Positions 32,209 through 42,907 of a stretch of 64,000 nucleotides of DNA are shown here, one piece after another. The stretch lies in contig CAVSAC010000012.1 in the NCBI GenBank assembly GCA_963725865.1, forward strand, positions 256,001-320,000. Direction: 5' to 3'. The translations under genes were made by a program, and so were the position numbers. The notes under the pieces are model-generated. The model saw only the letters and a list, made by a program, of their open reading frames with translations, was not told where the DNA came from and did not search any database. The stretch is from Candidatus Eiseniibacteriota bacterium. GTDB lineage: Bacteria; Eisenbacteria; RBG-16-71-46. How positions within the stretch are numbered: position 1 is the stretch's first letter; every line of letters starts with the position of its first letter.

Positions 32209-35122
32209 TCAGCTCACTACGATTGCGCGGGTGGTGAGCGTGCGCTCCGGCGTGACGAGGCGGATGAAGTAGAGCCCCGGCCGCACCGCGCCCGCGGCGG
32301 CCAGTCGCACGCGATGCTCGCCCGGCGCGAACGCGCTCACGTCCTGCTCGGCGATACGCCGCCCCGCGAGGTCGAACAGCGCCAGCGTGCCGGGCGTGCG
32401 ATGCGCCAGCGAGAACGCCACCATCAGATCGCCCGCGACCGGGTTGGGGCGCGCGCCGGCGAGCGCCAGCCGCGCGGCCACCGGCACCGCGAGCCAGGTC
32501 TCGTTCGCGGTCACCAGCGCGCCGCGCTCGGCTGAACGCGAGGCGGTAGCCGACGCGCTGGCCGGGCGCGAGCGCCGCATCCTCGAACCGCACGCGGCCG
32601 TCGCCGTCGGCGTGCAGTCGCGTACGCTCGGACCACGCGTCGCCGCCGAGCGAGCGCAGCACGATCGCCTCGGTGGCGGGCGCGGCGTCGGTGCTCCAGA
32701 TGATGCGCGCGACGCCGGCGTCGATCGAGGCGGAGACCAGCGAGGCGAGGACGGGGGTGACGACATCCCACGGCGTCGCGTTGTACGCGACCCCGACGAA
32801 TCCGTGCTTCGAAGCGGTGATCGCGAAGTCCGGGCGCAGATCCTCATCGAAGCGGCCGACCGTGACCGAGGTCAGGTACTCGCCGACGTCAGTTGCGCTC
32901 GGCCATCTCGAACGTGCCGTCCCCGCGACTTCGCAACGAGACGAAGATCCCTATCCAGTCGCTATCGATCACCGAGACCAGCGCATCATCGCGACCGTCG
33001 CCATCGAGGTCCGCGATGGCGACATCGGATGCCTCCTGGGCCAAGCTCCGCTCCGAAGTATGCCGACAAGGTCCCATCCCCGTGATTGAGGAGGATCGGC
33101 GTAGGAGCCAATCTCGCCCAGTCCGTTCCCCGCGGAGAGCGAACACGTCCGGACGACCATCGCCGTCGAAGTCGCCGGTCTCGACCGCGAAGGGGTAGGA
33201 GAAAGCGTGGCGCGGGAGCAATGGGATCCAACGGGACGTTGTAGATCGCGACCGAGTCGAACGAGGCTGCGATCGCGAGCACGGACCACTAGCAATTCAT
33301 CCGATGACTAGCCCGGTACCTGGGCGCGACCATGGATCTCGCGAAAGACAAGCAGTTCGTCGCGGCCGTCACCGTCGAGGTCGACCGCGTTCGCGACTTC
33401 GGCGTAGTGAAAGTCTGCCCTCAGGCCACAAACTCGGAGCAAACCCAGTGGGCACCGGAGCTCCAAATCCTCCCATCCCGTCCCCATAAGCGAGCCACAG
33501 TGCCGACGCGCTGTCGCGCGCCACCAGATCCGCCACGTGGTCGCCATCGAAGTCACCGAGCGCGAAGAATGCCATCGTCGTCACGGACGGCCCTTCGGGG
33601 TCGAAGCTGTGCACGGGTCCGCCGCGCCGCACCGCGATGCCGGCGCCGTAGCGGATCAGCAGGTCGTCGAAGTCCGTCGCGGTCCAGATCGCGCACCGCC
33701 AGCAGTTGTCCTTCGCCGAGGCTCTCAGGTGGTGCGAATCCCGCGGCTCCCTGGTTCGTGAACAGGCTGAGTCGGCCAGAGCTGCCGACCACGAGGTCGT
33801 CGAGCAGGCCGCCCAGCCTCACGGCGCGCACGCGCTCGAACTGAGGAGCGCCATAGCTGGGGTGAGGACCGGAGCGCAGATCGATCGGGAGTTCGATGAG
33901 CCCGGCCAGGCGCATCGATGAGCGGCCGTAGAGGACGTTGATGCCTGGCCCAGCGCCGAACCCTTGGCCGGTCACGACCACGTCCAGTCGCCCGTCCACG
34001 TCCAGGTCGGCGACTCGCATCGTCCGGGTGCCGCTGAGCACCTGAAAGCGCTCGCCCGGTCGGAATCGCCAGCCGCCGAGGTTCCGGTGGATGCGCACCA
34101 CGGCGAAGGCGATGTATCAGCGGAGCCGATGGCGCCATCTTCGGCAAGCACGAGATCGGGCCGACCGTCGGCATCGATGTCCGCCACGGCCATGCCGGCC
34201 TCGTCTCGATGCCCTAGGTGCGACGCGGTGTAAGCCGGGACCGAGCCAAACCGGCCCGTACCATCTCCAGCGAACAGCATTCCCCCGGCGTCCGTGCTCA
34301 GCGCGAGGTCCGGGTGGCCGTCGCCGTCGAAGTCCGCGAGCGACAGGTTGTGGGGAACCGCCGGTCAGGCTCGTCGCGACACTCGCCGCGAATGCGCCCC
34401 CGCCGAGGTTCGTCAGGCAAGAGATCGTGGATGCGCCCGTGTCGGCGGTCAGGAGGTCGGGACGGCCATCCCCGGTGGCGTCGTCGGCAATCACCATCTG
34501 TGGGCCGCTGCCGACCGCCCATGCGGTCGGTGCGGCAAAGGTGCCATCTCCCTGATTGAGGAACACGCGGACCAGGTCCTCGTCGTGGCAGGCCACGGCG
34601 AGGTCGAGATCGCCGTCCGCGTCGAGGTCGGCGAGGGCGAGGCCCTGCGGGCCTGCGCCGGCGGCGGTACGCGAGCGCGGGAGCGAACGCGCCGCCGCCG
34701 AGCCCGCGCAGAACGTCGAACTCGCCAGTGTCCAAGAGCGAGCACACGAGGTCCACATGGCCGTCGCCGTCCAGGTCGCCAGCGGCGAGGTCGAACGGTC
34801 TGCCCGTGACATGGATCCCGACGCGGCGCTCCTGATCGTCGAGCGCCTCGTCCATCAGGAGCACGATGGAGTCAGCGTCGCTCAGGGCGGTCGCGAGGTC
34901 CGGCCACGGATCACCATCGAGGTCCGCCACCACGGAGGAGGCTGGGGCACGGTCCATCCGGTGAGGACGCGCGATGTCGAACCGAAGACCATTCGTCCCT
35001 GCAGAGTTCCTCGTGAGCTCGAGTCGTGGCGAAGGCTCAGCTCCTGCCGGACTTGTTGCCCCTGCGGCCGCGGCGTGTGTCACGAGCAGTGCGAGCGCCG
35101 CGACGATCAGTTTGCGCCTCAT
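32209..35122 (-). pseudogene. FG-GAP-repeat protein with shared CTD (copy C), broken by many frameshifts
   Basis: MRRKLIVAALALL signal; FG-GAP motifs scattered over three frames; CTD ends RAIVVS. May be decay or consensus error. Confidence 0.75.
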
Positions 35123-35228
35123 GCGAGCCTCTTCTGTGCGATTCGACGAGCGGGCGGACGCTCCCCGGTCACGATTCCCCTTCGATCCGTCCTCCGCTCT
35201 CGGCCTGACGGCGGCCACCGCGATCAGT

Positions 35229-36034
35229 TCACCTCATCACGATCGCGCGCGCCGTGAGCGTGCGCTCGGTCGTGACGAGGCGGATGAAGTAGAGGCCCGG
35301 GCGCACAGCGCCGGCCTCTGCGAGGCGAATGCGATGCTCGCCGGCGGCGAGCGCGCTGACGTCCTGCGCGGCGATACGACGCCCCGCGAGGTCGAACAGC
35401 GCGAGCGTGCCCGGACCGGGTCAGCCGCCAGGTGGATCCTGAAACCCCTACTGAGGTACGTCACCTGGGACGGGACCTCGAACGTGCCGTCGCCGTGGCC
35501 CCAGAGAACCACGAGGCGGGATCCGGCGCGGACCACCGGTTCGTAGGTGATCGCGAGGTCGAGGTGACCATCGCCGTCGAGGTCCGAAGCCAGTTCCTCC
35601 GATGGCCAGTCGATGCTCTCGGAAGTGACGGGTTCGGGGTCGGCAAAGCTGCCGTCGCCCCGACCTCGCAGGAGCAGCACGCCGTGCATGAGGTCGTTGC
35701 GTCCGTCTTCATCGAAGTCTCCCGCCACGATTCGGTTGCTGGGCGCGTCGCTCGCGACGGGGAGGCTGCGGGCGAACTCGTCCGCGTTGTCGCCCAGTAG
35801 GAGGAGGATGCTCGAGGTGGCCGAGATCCCAAGCGACGCGATGTCGGGAAGTCCATCGCCGTCGAAATCGGCGACAGCGACGGCTCGCGTCTCATCGTGG
35901 GGACCGCCGAGCGCCAGTTCGCGTTCGAACGTGATCTCGCCCGGGACGGGAGCGGAACGAGCAGAGCCGGGCGTGGAAGGCAGGGCGGCGGCGAGCATCG
36001 TCGCGACAAGCACGAGCACGGGCACACGCATCAT
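35229..36034 (-). pseudogene. FG-GAP paralog (copy D) with a ~2-kb internal deletion
   Basis: N-terminal ~200 codons closely match copy E up to IHLAAD, then join at ~35415 to the last third of the CTD (GTLALFDLAGRR...RAIVMR), out of frame. Confidence 0.8.
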
Positions 36035-36122
36035 GCGGACCCCTTCCCTTGGGGGCGGCGGCCTGGACGGGGCGTTTCGGGGGAAGCCCGTGGGGAATGG
36101 ATGCAATGGCGCTTGGGGAGGG

Positions 36123-36137
36123 GCAAGGAGCGCGCCA
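36123..36137 (-). promoter_or_regulatory. Sigma-54 promoter-like motif upstream of copy D
   Basis: TGGCGCGCTCCTTGC, identical to the other copies. Confidence 0.7.
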
Positions 36138-36300
36138 CGGCGCGGCAGCGAGCACGAGCGACTCCCAAGTGCACACGACAACTCATCATCCGTGGTGCGG
36201 TCGCTCGATCGAGCGATCACTCACCACGACGTGCTCCGCAGGAACCGTAAAGCGCGCCGTCACTGTGCCGTGGCTCCATGGTCCACGGCCCTCGACCGAG

Positions 36301-36331
36301 CGAGCCCGCCACCTCATCAGTGACGGGCTCG
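36301..36331 (-). terminator. Hairpin downstream of copy E
   Basis: CGAGCCCGUCAC-UGAUGAG-GUGGCGGGCUCG; the stem is conserved while the loop and flanks have diverged. Confidence 0.55.
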
Positions 36332-36351
36332 TCGTGGGCGTATCGCCTGGA

Positions 36352-39159
36352 TCAGTTCATGACGATCGCGCGCGACGTGAGCGTGCGCTCCGGTGTCACG
36401 AGGCGGATGAAGTAGAGCCCCGGGCGCACCGCGCCCGCGGCGGCCAGCCGCACGCGATGCTCGCCCGGCCCGAACGCGCTCACGTCCTGCTCGGCGACGC
36501 GGCGGCCCGCGAGGTCGAACAGCGCGAGGGTGCCGGGCGTACGCCGGGCAGGGAGAAGACCACCATCAACTCACCCGCGACCGGGTTGGGGCGCGCGCCC
36601 GCCAGCGCCAGCCGCGCGGCCACCGGGACCGCGAGCCAGGTCTCGCTCGCGGTCACCAGCGCGCCGCGCTCGGCGAACGCGAGGCGGTAGCCGACGCGCT
36701 GGCCGGGCGCCAAGCCCGCGTCGTCGAACCGCACGCGGCCGTCGCCGTCCGGATGCAGCCGCGCGCGCTCGGACCACGCGGCGCCGTCGAGCGAGCGCAG
36801 CACGATCGCCTCGGTGGCGGGCGCGGCGTCGGTGCTCCAGGTGATGCGGGCGACGCCGGCATCGATGGAGGCGGAGACGAGCGAGGCGAGCACCGGCGTG
36901 ACGACGCCAGGGACGCTGATGTTGTGGAAGACAAGAAGGTTGACCGGGTTGAAGGCGGGGACGGCGATGTCCAGGCGATTGTCGGCGTCGAATCGGCCGA
37001 TCGCGATCTGCGAGAATCCCGATCGGGTCTCCGGTGCGAACACGCGAGCGTCAAAGGTACCGTCACCGTTCCCGCGGAACAGCCTGAGGACTCCGAACGT
37101 GCCGCTGTAGAGCGAGCTCACGGCGACATCGACGACCCCGTCGCCATCCAGGTCGCCGACCCCCATGCTCATAGCGTCGACGCTGAGGTGGTACCTGGCA
37201 AGTGGGCTGAAGGAGCCGATCCCATCGTTTGCGAGGATAGTGAGGTAACCACTCCCATATTCCCAACGCCGGAGCACGATCGCATCGGAATCTCCGTCGC
37301 CGTCAAGATCCGCGAATGCCAACTGGCCAGGTCCGGCCGCCCATCTGCCGACGTCGGTGTTGTACTCGAGCGCTTGCCCGGTCCGCATGGGAGCGTGCCC
37401 GTTCGAGTGGAAGATCCAGAGCGAGTCCCCGCCCTCCGGGAAAGCCGTGATGGCAAGATCTCCGAGGCCATCACCATCAAGGTCTGCGATCGCCGCCGGG
37501 ACCACCGCATAGCCCGCAGATGCGGGCAGCGTCCCGACCGGCAGTGGCGGAGCGAAGCCCCCGGACCCGTCGCCGCTCAGCAGGGAAATGGCTCCCGATG
37601 GCTCGCTCACCAAAAGGTCGGCACCGGGTCCGCCATCCACATCGCCCGCCGCGAGCACGGTGCCCGCACCGACGACGCTCGGTGCTGCGAGCCCCAGAAC
37701 CGGATCGCCGCGACGCACTTCGATTCCGGTGGCTGCCTGGATCACGAGATCATCGAGTCCATCTCGATCGAGGTCGATCACCGCGGCGAGCGCGCCCTCT
37801 CCTAGTGCGGTGGGCGAACCGAATCCGCTGACCCCGAGATTGTGGACCAGGTAGAGCGAGCCGCCGAAGGCCTGGATGAGATCTGCGCGTCCGTCCGCGC
37901 GCAGTCGGATGGCGGTGAGCTCGCCGGCATTGCGGCTATCGTTGACGCCGAACGGCAGGCACTCGAGGGTCCCCGCGAGACGCATCCCCGACCGACCGAA
38001 CAGGACCGCCAGCCCGTAGTATTCGCTCAGGTTGTCGCCAGAGACGAACATGTGGGGAAAGGCCACGACATCTTGGAGGCCGTCCACGTCAAGGTCCGCC
38101 ACCACGAGCCCCGGTCGATTGTGTGCAGTGAATCCGATCAGATACCGGCCCGCCTCGTCGAATCCCTGGCCCTCGCGGTTTCTGACAACCCTGACCGCCG
38201 CCCCATCTTGAAAGACGATGTCGTTCCATCCATCAAGGTCGAGATCGGGCGTGGCCACGGCCTCCCCGCGCGCCGGCAACATGCTCGGTACCGGATCGAA
38301 GGCGCCGGTTCCATCTCCCGCATGCACTCTGTCGTACACCACGATGTCGAGGTGTCCATCGTGGTCGAGATCGGCGACCGAGAGGGCGTGCGTGTAGCCC
38401 TCGGTGACGGTCCGAATCGCGCGTTCCGAACGCTCGGCTCCCGAGGCTCGGGAATACGACCAGCGAGTCGCTGCGCACGCCCGGGCCAAGGTAGACGGAG
38501 CTGCCGCCCACGAGGTCGAGCATTCCATCCTCGGTGAGGTCAGCCGCCAGGTGGATCTTGAAACCCCGACTGAGGTACGTCACCTGGGACGGGGCCTCGA
38601 ACGTGCCGTCGCCATGCCCCCACAGAACCACGAGTCGGGATCCCGTGTTGATCACCGGTTCGTAGGTGATCGCGAGGTCGAGGTGACCATCGCCGTCGAG
38701 GTCCGAAGCCAGCTCCTCCGATGGCCATTCGATGCTCTCGGAACTGACGGCTTCGGGGTCGGCAAAGCTGCCGTCGCCCCGACCTCGCAGGAGCAGCACA
38801 CCGTGCATGAGGTCGTTGTGTCCGTCTTCATCGAAGTCGCCCGCCACGATTCGGTCGCTGGGCGCGTCGCTCGCGACGGGGAGGCTGCGGGCGAACTCGT
38901 GCTCGTTGTCGCCCAGTAGGAGGAGGATGCTCGAGGTGGCCGAGCCCCCGAGCGAAGCGATATCGAGAAGTCCATCTTCGTTGAAATCGGCGACTGCGGC
39001 GGCTCGCGTCTCGGGAGCCCGACTGCCACCGCTGAGGGCCAATTCGCGTTCGAGCGTGATCTCGCCCGGGACAGGGTCGGAACGAGCGGAGCCGGGCATT
39101 GAAGGCAGGGCGGCGGCAAGCACCGTCGCGGCGAGAACGAGAGCAGGTACCCGCATCAT
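36352..39159 (-). CDS. FG-GAP-repeat secreted protein with shared CTD (copy E); frameshifts near 38400-38530 and ~36550
   Basis: MMRVPALVLAA signal, PGEITLERELA N-terminus like copies A and D, DxDGDG repeats, CTD ending AIVMN. Confidence 0.8.
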
Positions 39160-39249
39160 GCGGACCTCTTCCCTTGGGGGCGGCGGCGGCCGACGGGGCG
39201 TTTCGGGGGGAAGCCCGTCGGGAATGGATGCAATGGCGCTTGGGGAGGG

Positions 39250-39264
39250 GCAAGGAGCGCGCCA
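39250..39264 (-). promoter_or_regulatory. Sigma-54 promoter-like motif upstream of copy E
   Basis: TGGCGCGCTCCTTGC. Confidence 0.7.
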
Positions 39265-39427
39265 CGGCGCGGCGGCGAGCACGAGCGACTCCCAAGTGCA
39301 CATGACAACTCATCATCCGTGGTGCCGGCGCTCGATCGAACGCTCACTCACCACGACGCGCGCCTCAATAACCGTCAAGCGCACCGTCACCACGACGTCG
39401 CGCGCCGGCCGACGGCCCAAGACGGAG

Positions 39428-39458
39428 CGAGCCCGCCACCTCGTCGGTGACGGGCTCG
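39428..39458 (-). terminator. Hairpin downstream of copy F
   Basis: Same sequence as 32129-32159. Confidence 0.55.
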
Positions 39459-39507
39459 TCGTGGACGCAGTCGCCGGGGAGAGGCTCGCGTCCGACCGCG
39501 GTTCCGA

Positions 39508-42505
39508 TCAGCTCACCACGATTGCGCGGGTGGTGAGCGTGCGCTCCGGCGTGACGAGGCGGATGAAGTAGAGCCCCGGCCGCACCGCGCCCGCGGCGGC
39601 CAGTCGCACGCGATGCTCGCCCGGCGCGAACGCGCTCACGTCCTGCTCGGCGATACGCCGCCCCGCGAGGTCGAACAGCGCCAGCGTGCCGGGCGTGCGA
39701 TGCGCCAGCGAGAACGCCACCATCAGATCGCCCGCGACCGGGTTGGGGCGCGCGCCGGCGAGCGCCAGCCGCGCGGCCACCGGCACCGCGAGCCAGGTCT
39801 CGCTGGCAGTCACCAGCGCGCCGCGCTCGGTGAACGCGAGGCGATAGCCGACCCGCTGGCCGGGCGCGAGCGCCGCATCCTCGAACCGCACGCGGCCGTC
39901 GCCGTCGGGATGGAGCCGCGCGCGCTCGGACCACGCGGCGCCATCGAGCGAGCGCAGCACGATGGCCTCGGCGGCGGGCGCGGCGTCGGTGCTCCAGGTG
40001 ATGCGCGCGACGCCGGCGTCGATCGAGGCGGAGACGAGCGAGGCCAGCACCGGCGTCGAGCGATCGGGCCAGGGTGTGGCGTTGAGGACGACATTCACGG
40101 TCATGTCCCGTCCCGCGGTGACGGCGATGTCGGCGTGAGAGTCCTCGTCGAATCGCCCGACGGTGATCGACGTGAGGTAGTCGCCGACGTCGTCCCGCCT
40201 GCCCTTCGCGAACGTGCCGTCGCCGCGGCTCACGAGCCAGTCGAGCCGACCGGTATCGTCACTGTAGATCACGCTCATCACCACGTCGTCACGCAGGTCG
40301 CCATCGAGGTCCACGATGGCCGCCTCGGACAACTCGCGGCCCGACCAGTCGGCCGCCGTGACCTGGAGTGTGCCGGCGCCCTGCTGATTGAGAAACGCCG
40401 CGTAGCTCCCCTGGCTGCAGCACGCCGACGGGGCGTTGCGCACCGCGAGCAGGTCCGGCCATCCGTCGCCATTGAAATCGGCGGGCAGGATCTGATTCGG
40501 CAGATCACCGTAGAACGCGCTGGAGGTCGGCCAGGGCACGGGGTAGCTCGCGACGGGCAGCAACGAAGTCCCGGGAGCGACGTGATAGACATCGAGCGTG
40601 TCCGGTTGGTGCTCACCGCCAATGTCGGGAGCCGACGAGGCGCGCTGCCGGAACACCAGCAGTTCGTCGAGCCCGTCGTGGTCGAGATCCGCGCTGTTGC
40701 AGACGCGCTGGCTCAGCCCGCTGATCGGATCCGAGGGAATGTACGCCTGGGTCGTGACCGGCGACTGGAACACGGCGGCTCCCGAGGCCGCGCGCCAGGT
40801 AGAGAATCCCGGTCGCGTCGCGCACGATCAGGTCCGGGAGCGCGTCTCCGGTGAACTCTCCCGCGGCGAGGAACACGTAACCTGTCATCGACCAGCCTGC
40901 CGGTGTGAAGGCGTGTCCACCGGTTCCGCGGAGCACGCTCAGCGCGTCGCCGTTACTCACCAGCACGTCGTCGAAGCCGTCGCGGTCGAGGTCGCGCACG
41001 AGCGCGATGGTGCCCGGGCCCTGATCCACCGCGGGCGCGAATCCGCGCACACCCTGGTTGACCATCAACTGCACGTGCCCGCCGATCACCGCGACCAGGT
41101 CGTCCACCGAACCGCCGAGCCGCGCCGCCCGGGCTCTGCCGACCCCGGGCGTGCCGTACTCGGTGAGACTGCGCAGGCGATGATCCGGACGCTGGATCAG
41201 TACGGAGATGTACGGGCGGGGATCGGTGTATCCCGCGCCCGCGCCGCAGGCGACGATGTCGGGAAGGCCGTCGTGGTCGATGTCCCCGACGCTCACCGAC
41301 TGGAGGTTGGCAACCGAGCGATAGCTCGGGCCCTTCTCGAATGCGCCGCCGCCGAGCCCGCGGAACACGTGCACCGCCCCGAAGTAGGCGAAGGCTCCGG
41401 GGCCGCGAACACCCGATTCCCCGGTGATCACGTCCAGCCGGCCGTCGCCGTCGAGGTCCGCGATCGCGACGCCACCATCCTGGGGACAGGACCTGGTCGA
41501 GAGCACCGGGCCGGCGCCGAACCCGCCCGCTCCATCACCCCACATCACCGCGCTGCCCGCGTCGGTGCTCACCGCGATGTCGACGTGTCCGTCCGCATCG
41601 AGGTCGCCCGCCGCGATCCCGAATGGCCTGCCGATCAGTGGCGACGTCACGGGCGCGGCGAACCCGCCGCCGAGGTTCACCAGGCACGAGAGGGTGGCGG
41701 CGGCCTGGTTCATGCTGATCAGGTCGGGGCGGCCGTCGCCCGTGACGTCGGCGGCGATCACCAGGGCGGGCTGTCGCCCGACGGGATACGCGGCGCTCGG
41801 GGCGAAAGCGCCGCTGCCGTCGCCGAGGAACACGCGCAAGGTGCTGTCGTCGGCGCACGCAACCGCGATGTCGAGATCGCCGTCGGCGTCGAGATCGGCG
41901 AGCGCGAGGCCGCGAGTCCCGGGTCCGGCCGCGAAGGTCGACGGCGCGGCGAAGGAGCCGTTGCCGAGTCCGCGCAGAACGGCCAGCTGATCGCTGCTCC
42001 AGGTCGAGCACACCAGGTCGAGTCGGCCGTCGGCATCCACGTCTCCCAGCGCAAGCGCGAATGCGAGGCCCGGCAGCTTGGCGCCGATCCGCCGTTCGGT
42101 GGCGTCGGCCGCCTCGTCCAGAAAGACGAGCACCGAGTCGGACGCCGGCGAGGTGCTCACGACCTCGGGGTAGGCGTCGCCGTCGAGATCCGCGATCAGC
42201 GCGAAGAGCGCCGGAAGCGGGTAGTGGGAGTCGCCCAATGCGCGGAGCTGCCGCGGCATGTCGAGGCGGATGTGGGTCGAAGCGGTGTCGACCATCCAGG
42301 TCGCGCCGTTCGGCTGCTCGGGCCGCGCCCGCGCCGACTGGGCCCGCGCCCATCGGGCTTCGAGCGTGTCGCGCGGCACCTTGCCGGTGAGCAGCGGCGC
42401 CGCGTCGTAGATCCAATCCGTGGAAGGAAGCCGGCTCGGCACGGACGCAGTCGCGGCCTCCGCGATGAGCAGGAACAGACCCGCAAGGGCCAAGGTACGC
42501 ATCAT
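39508..42505 (-). CDS. FG-GAP-repeat secreted protein with shared CTD (copy F); frameshift near 40780
   Basis: MMRTLALAGLFLL signal; FG-GAP repeats in ORFs 40613..42688 and 39508..40773; CTD ending RAIVVS. Confidence 0.83.
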
Positions 42506-42602
42506 GCGAACCTCGAGCTGCAGAGAAGGAAGGGGGGAGAATCGCGTTTGGAAGCTTCGGCCGACCACGGGCCCGATCAGGCACACGCTCACTTGGGGAG
42601 GG

Positions 42603-42617
42603 GCAAGGAGCGCGCCA
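42603..42617 (-). promoter_or_regulatory. Sigma-54 promoter-like motif upstream of copy F
   Basis: TGGCGCGCTCCTTGCCCCTCCCCAAG is conserved although the rest of this upstream region differs from the other copies. Confidence 0.72.
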
Positions 42618-42907
42618 CCGTGCTCCGTGGTGCCGGCTTGCCACCCAGGCGCGCGCGGGCGACTGGTTTGCACCCGCTGTCGCCGCACGCCGGCTCCGGC
42701 CGGCCAGCGCCGACCTCCGAAGAAGCGTCAACTGCCCCGACACTCTTGGCCTTCGCGCCGGGCCGGCCTTTCTGCTAGAGATACCCGGTCCCGCGTGCTG
42801 CGTTCTCCTCGACCCCCCGGTCTCGCACGCGACGGGCCCGTGCTCACGATGGGTGCGGGGGGTTTGGGGTGGCCCTTGAGGCCCAGAGCGAGGCGGTGGA
42901 GAACGCG

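Larger units (their letters stand above)
31860..32755. repeat. ~900-bp direct repeat, copy 1 (CTD 3' end + hairpin + promoter + 5' UTR)
   Basis: Near-identical by eye to 39160-40055; a more diverged copy lies at ~36035-36905. Confidence 0.9.
39160..40055. repeat. ~900-bp direct repeat, copy 2
   Basis: Near-identical by eye to 31860-32755, including the non-coding ~350 bp. Confidence 0.9.

Noticed and set aside
25981..42505. Shufflon or CRISPR interpretation of the repeats
   Set aside because: The repeats are long, direct and largely coding. There are no short inverted crossover sites, invertase, regularly spaced 25-45-bp repeats or cas genes.
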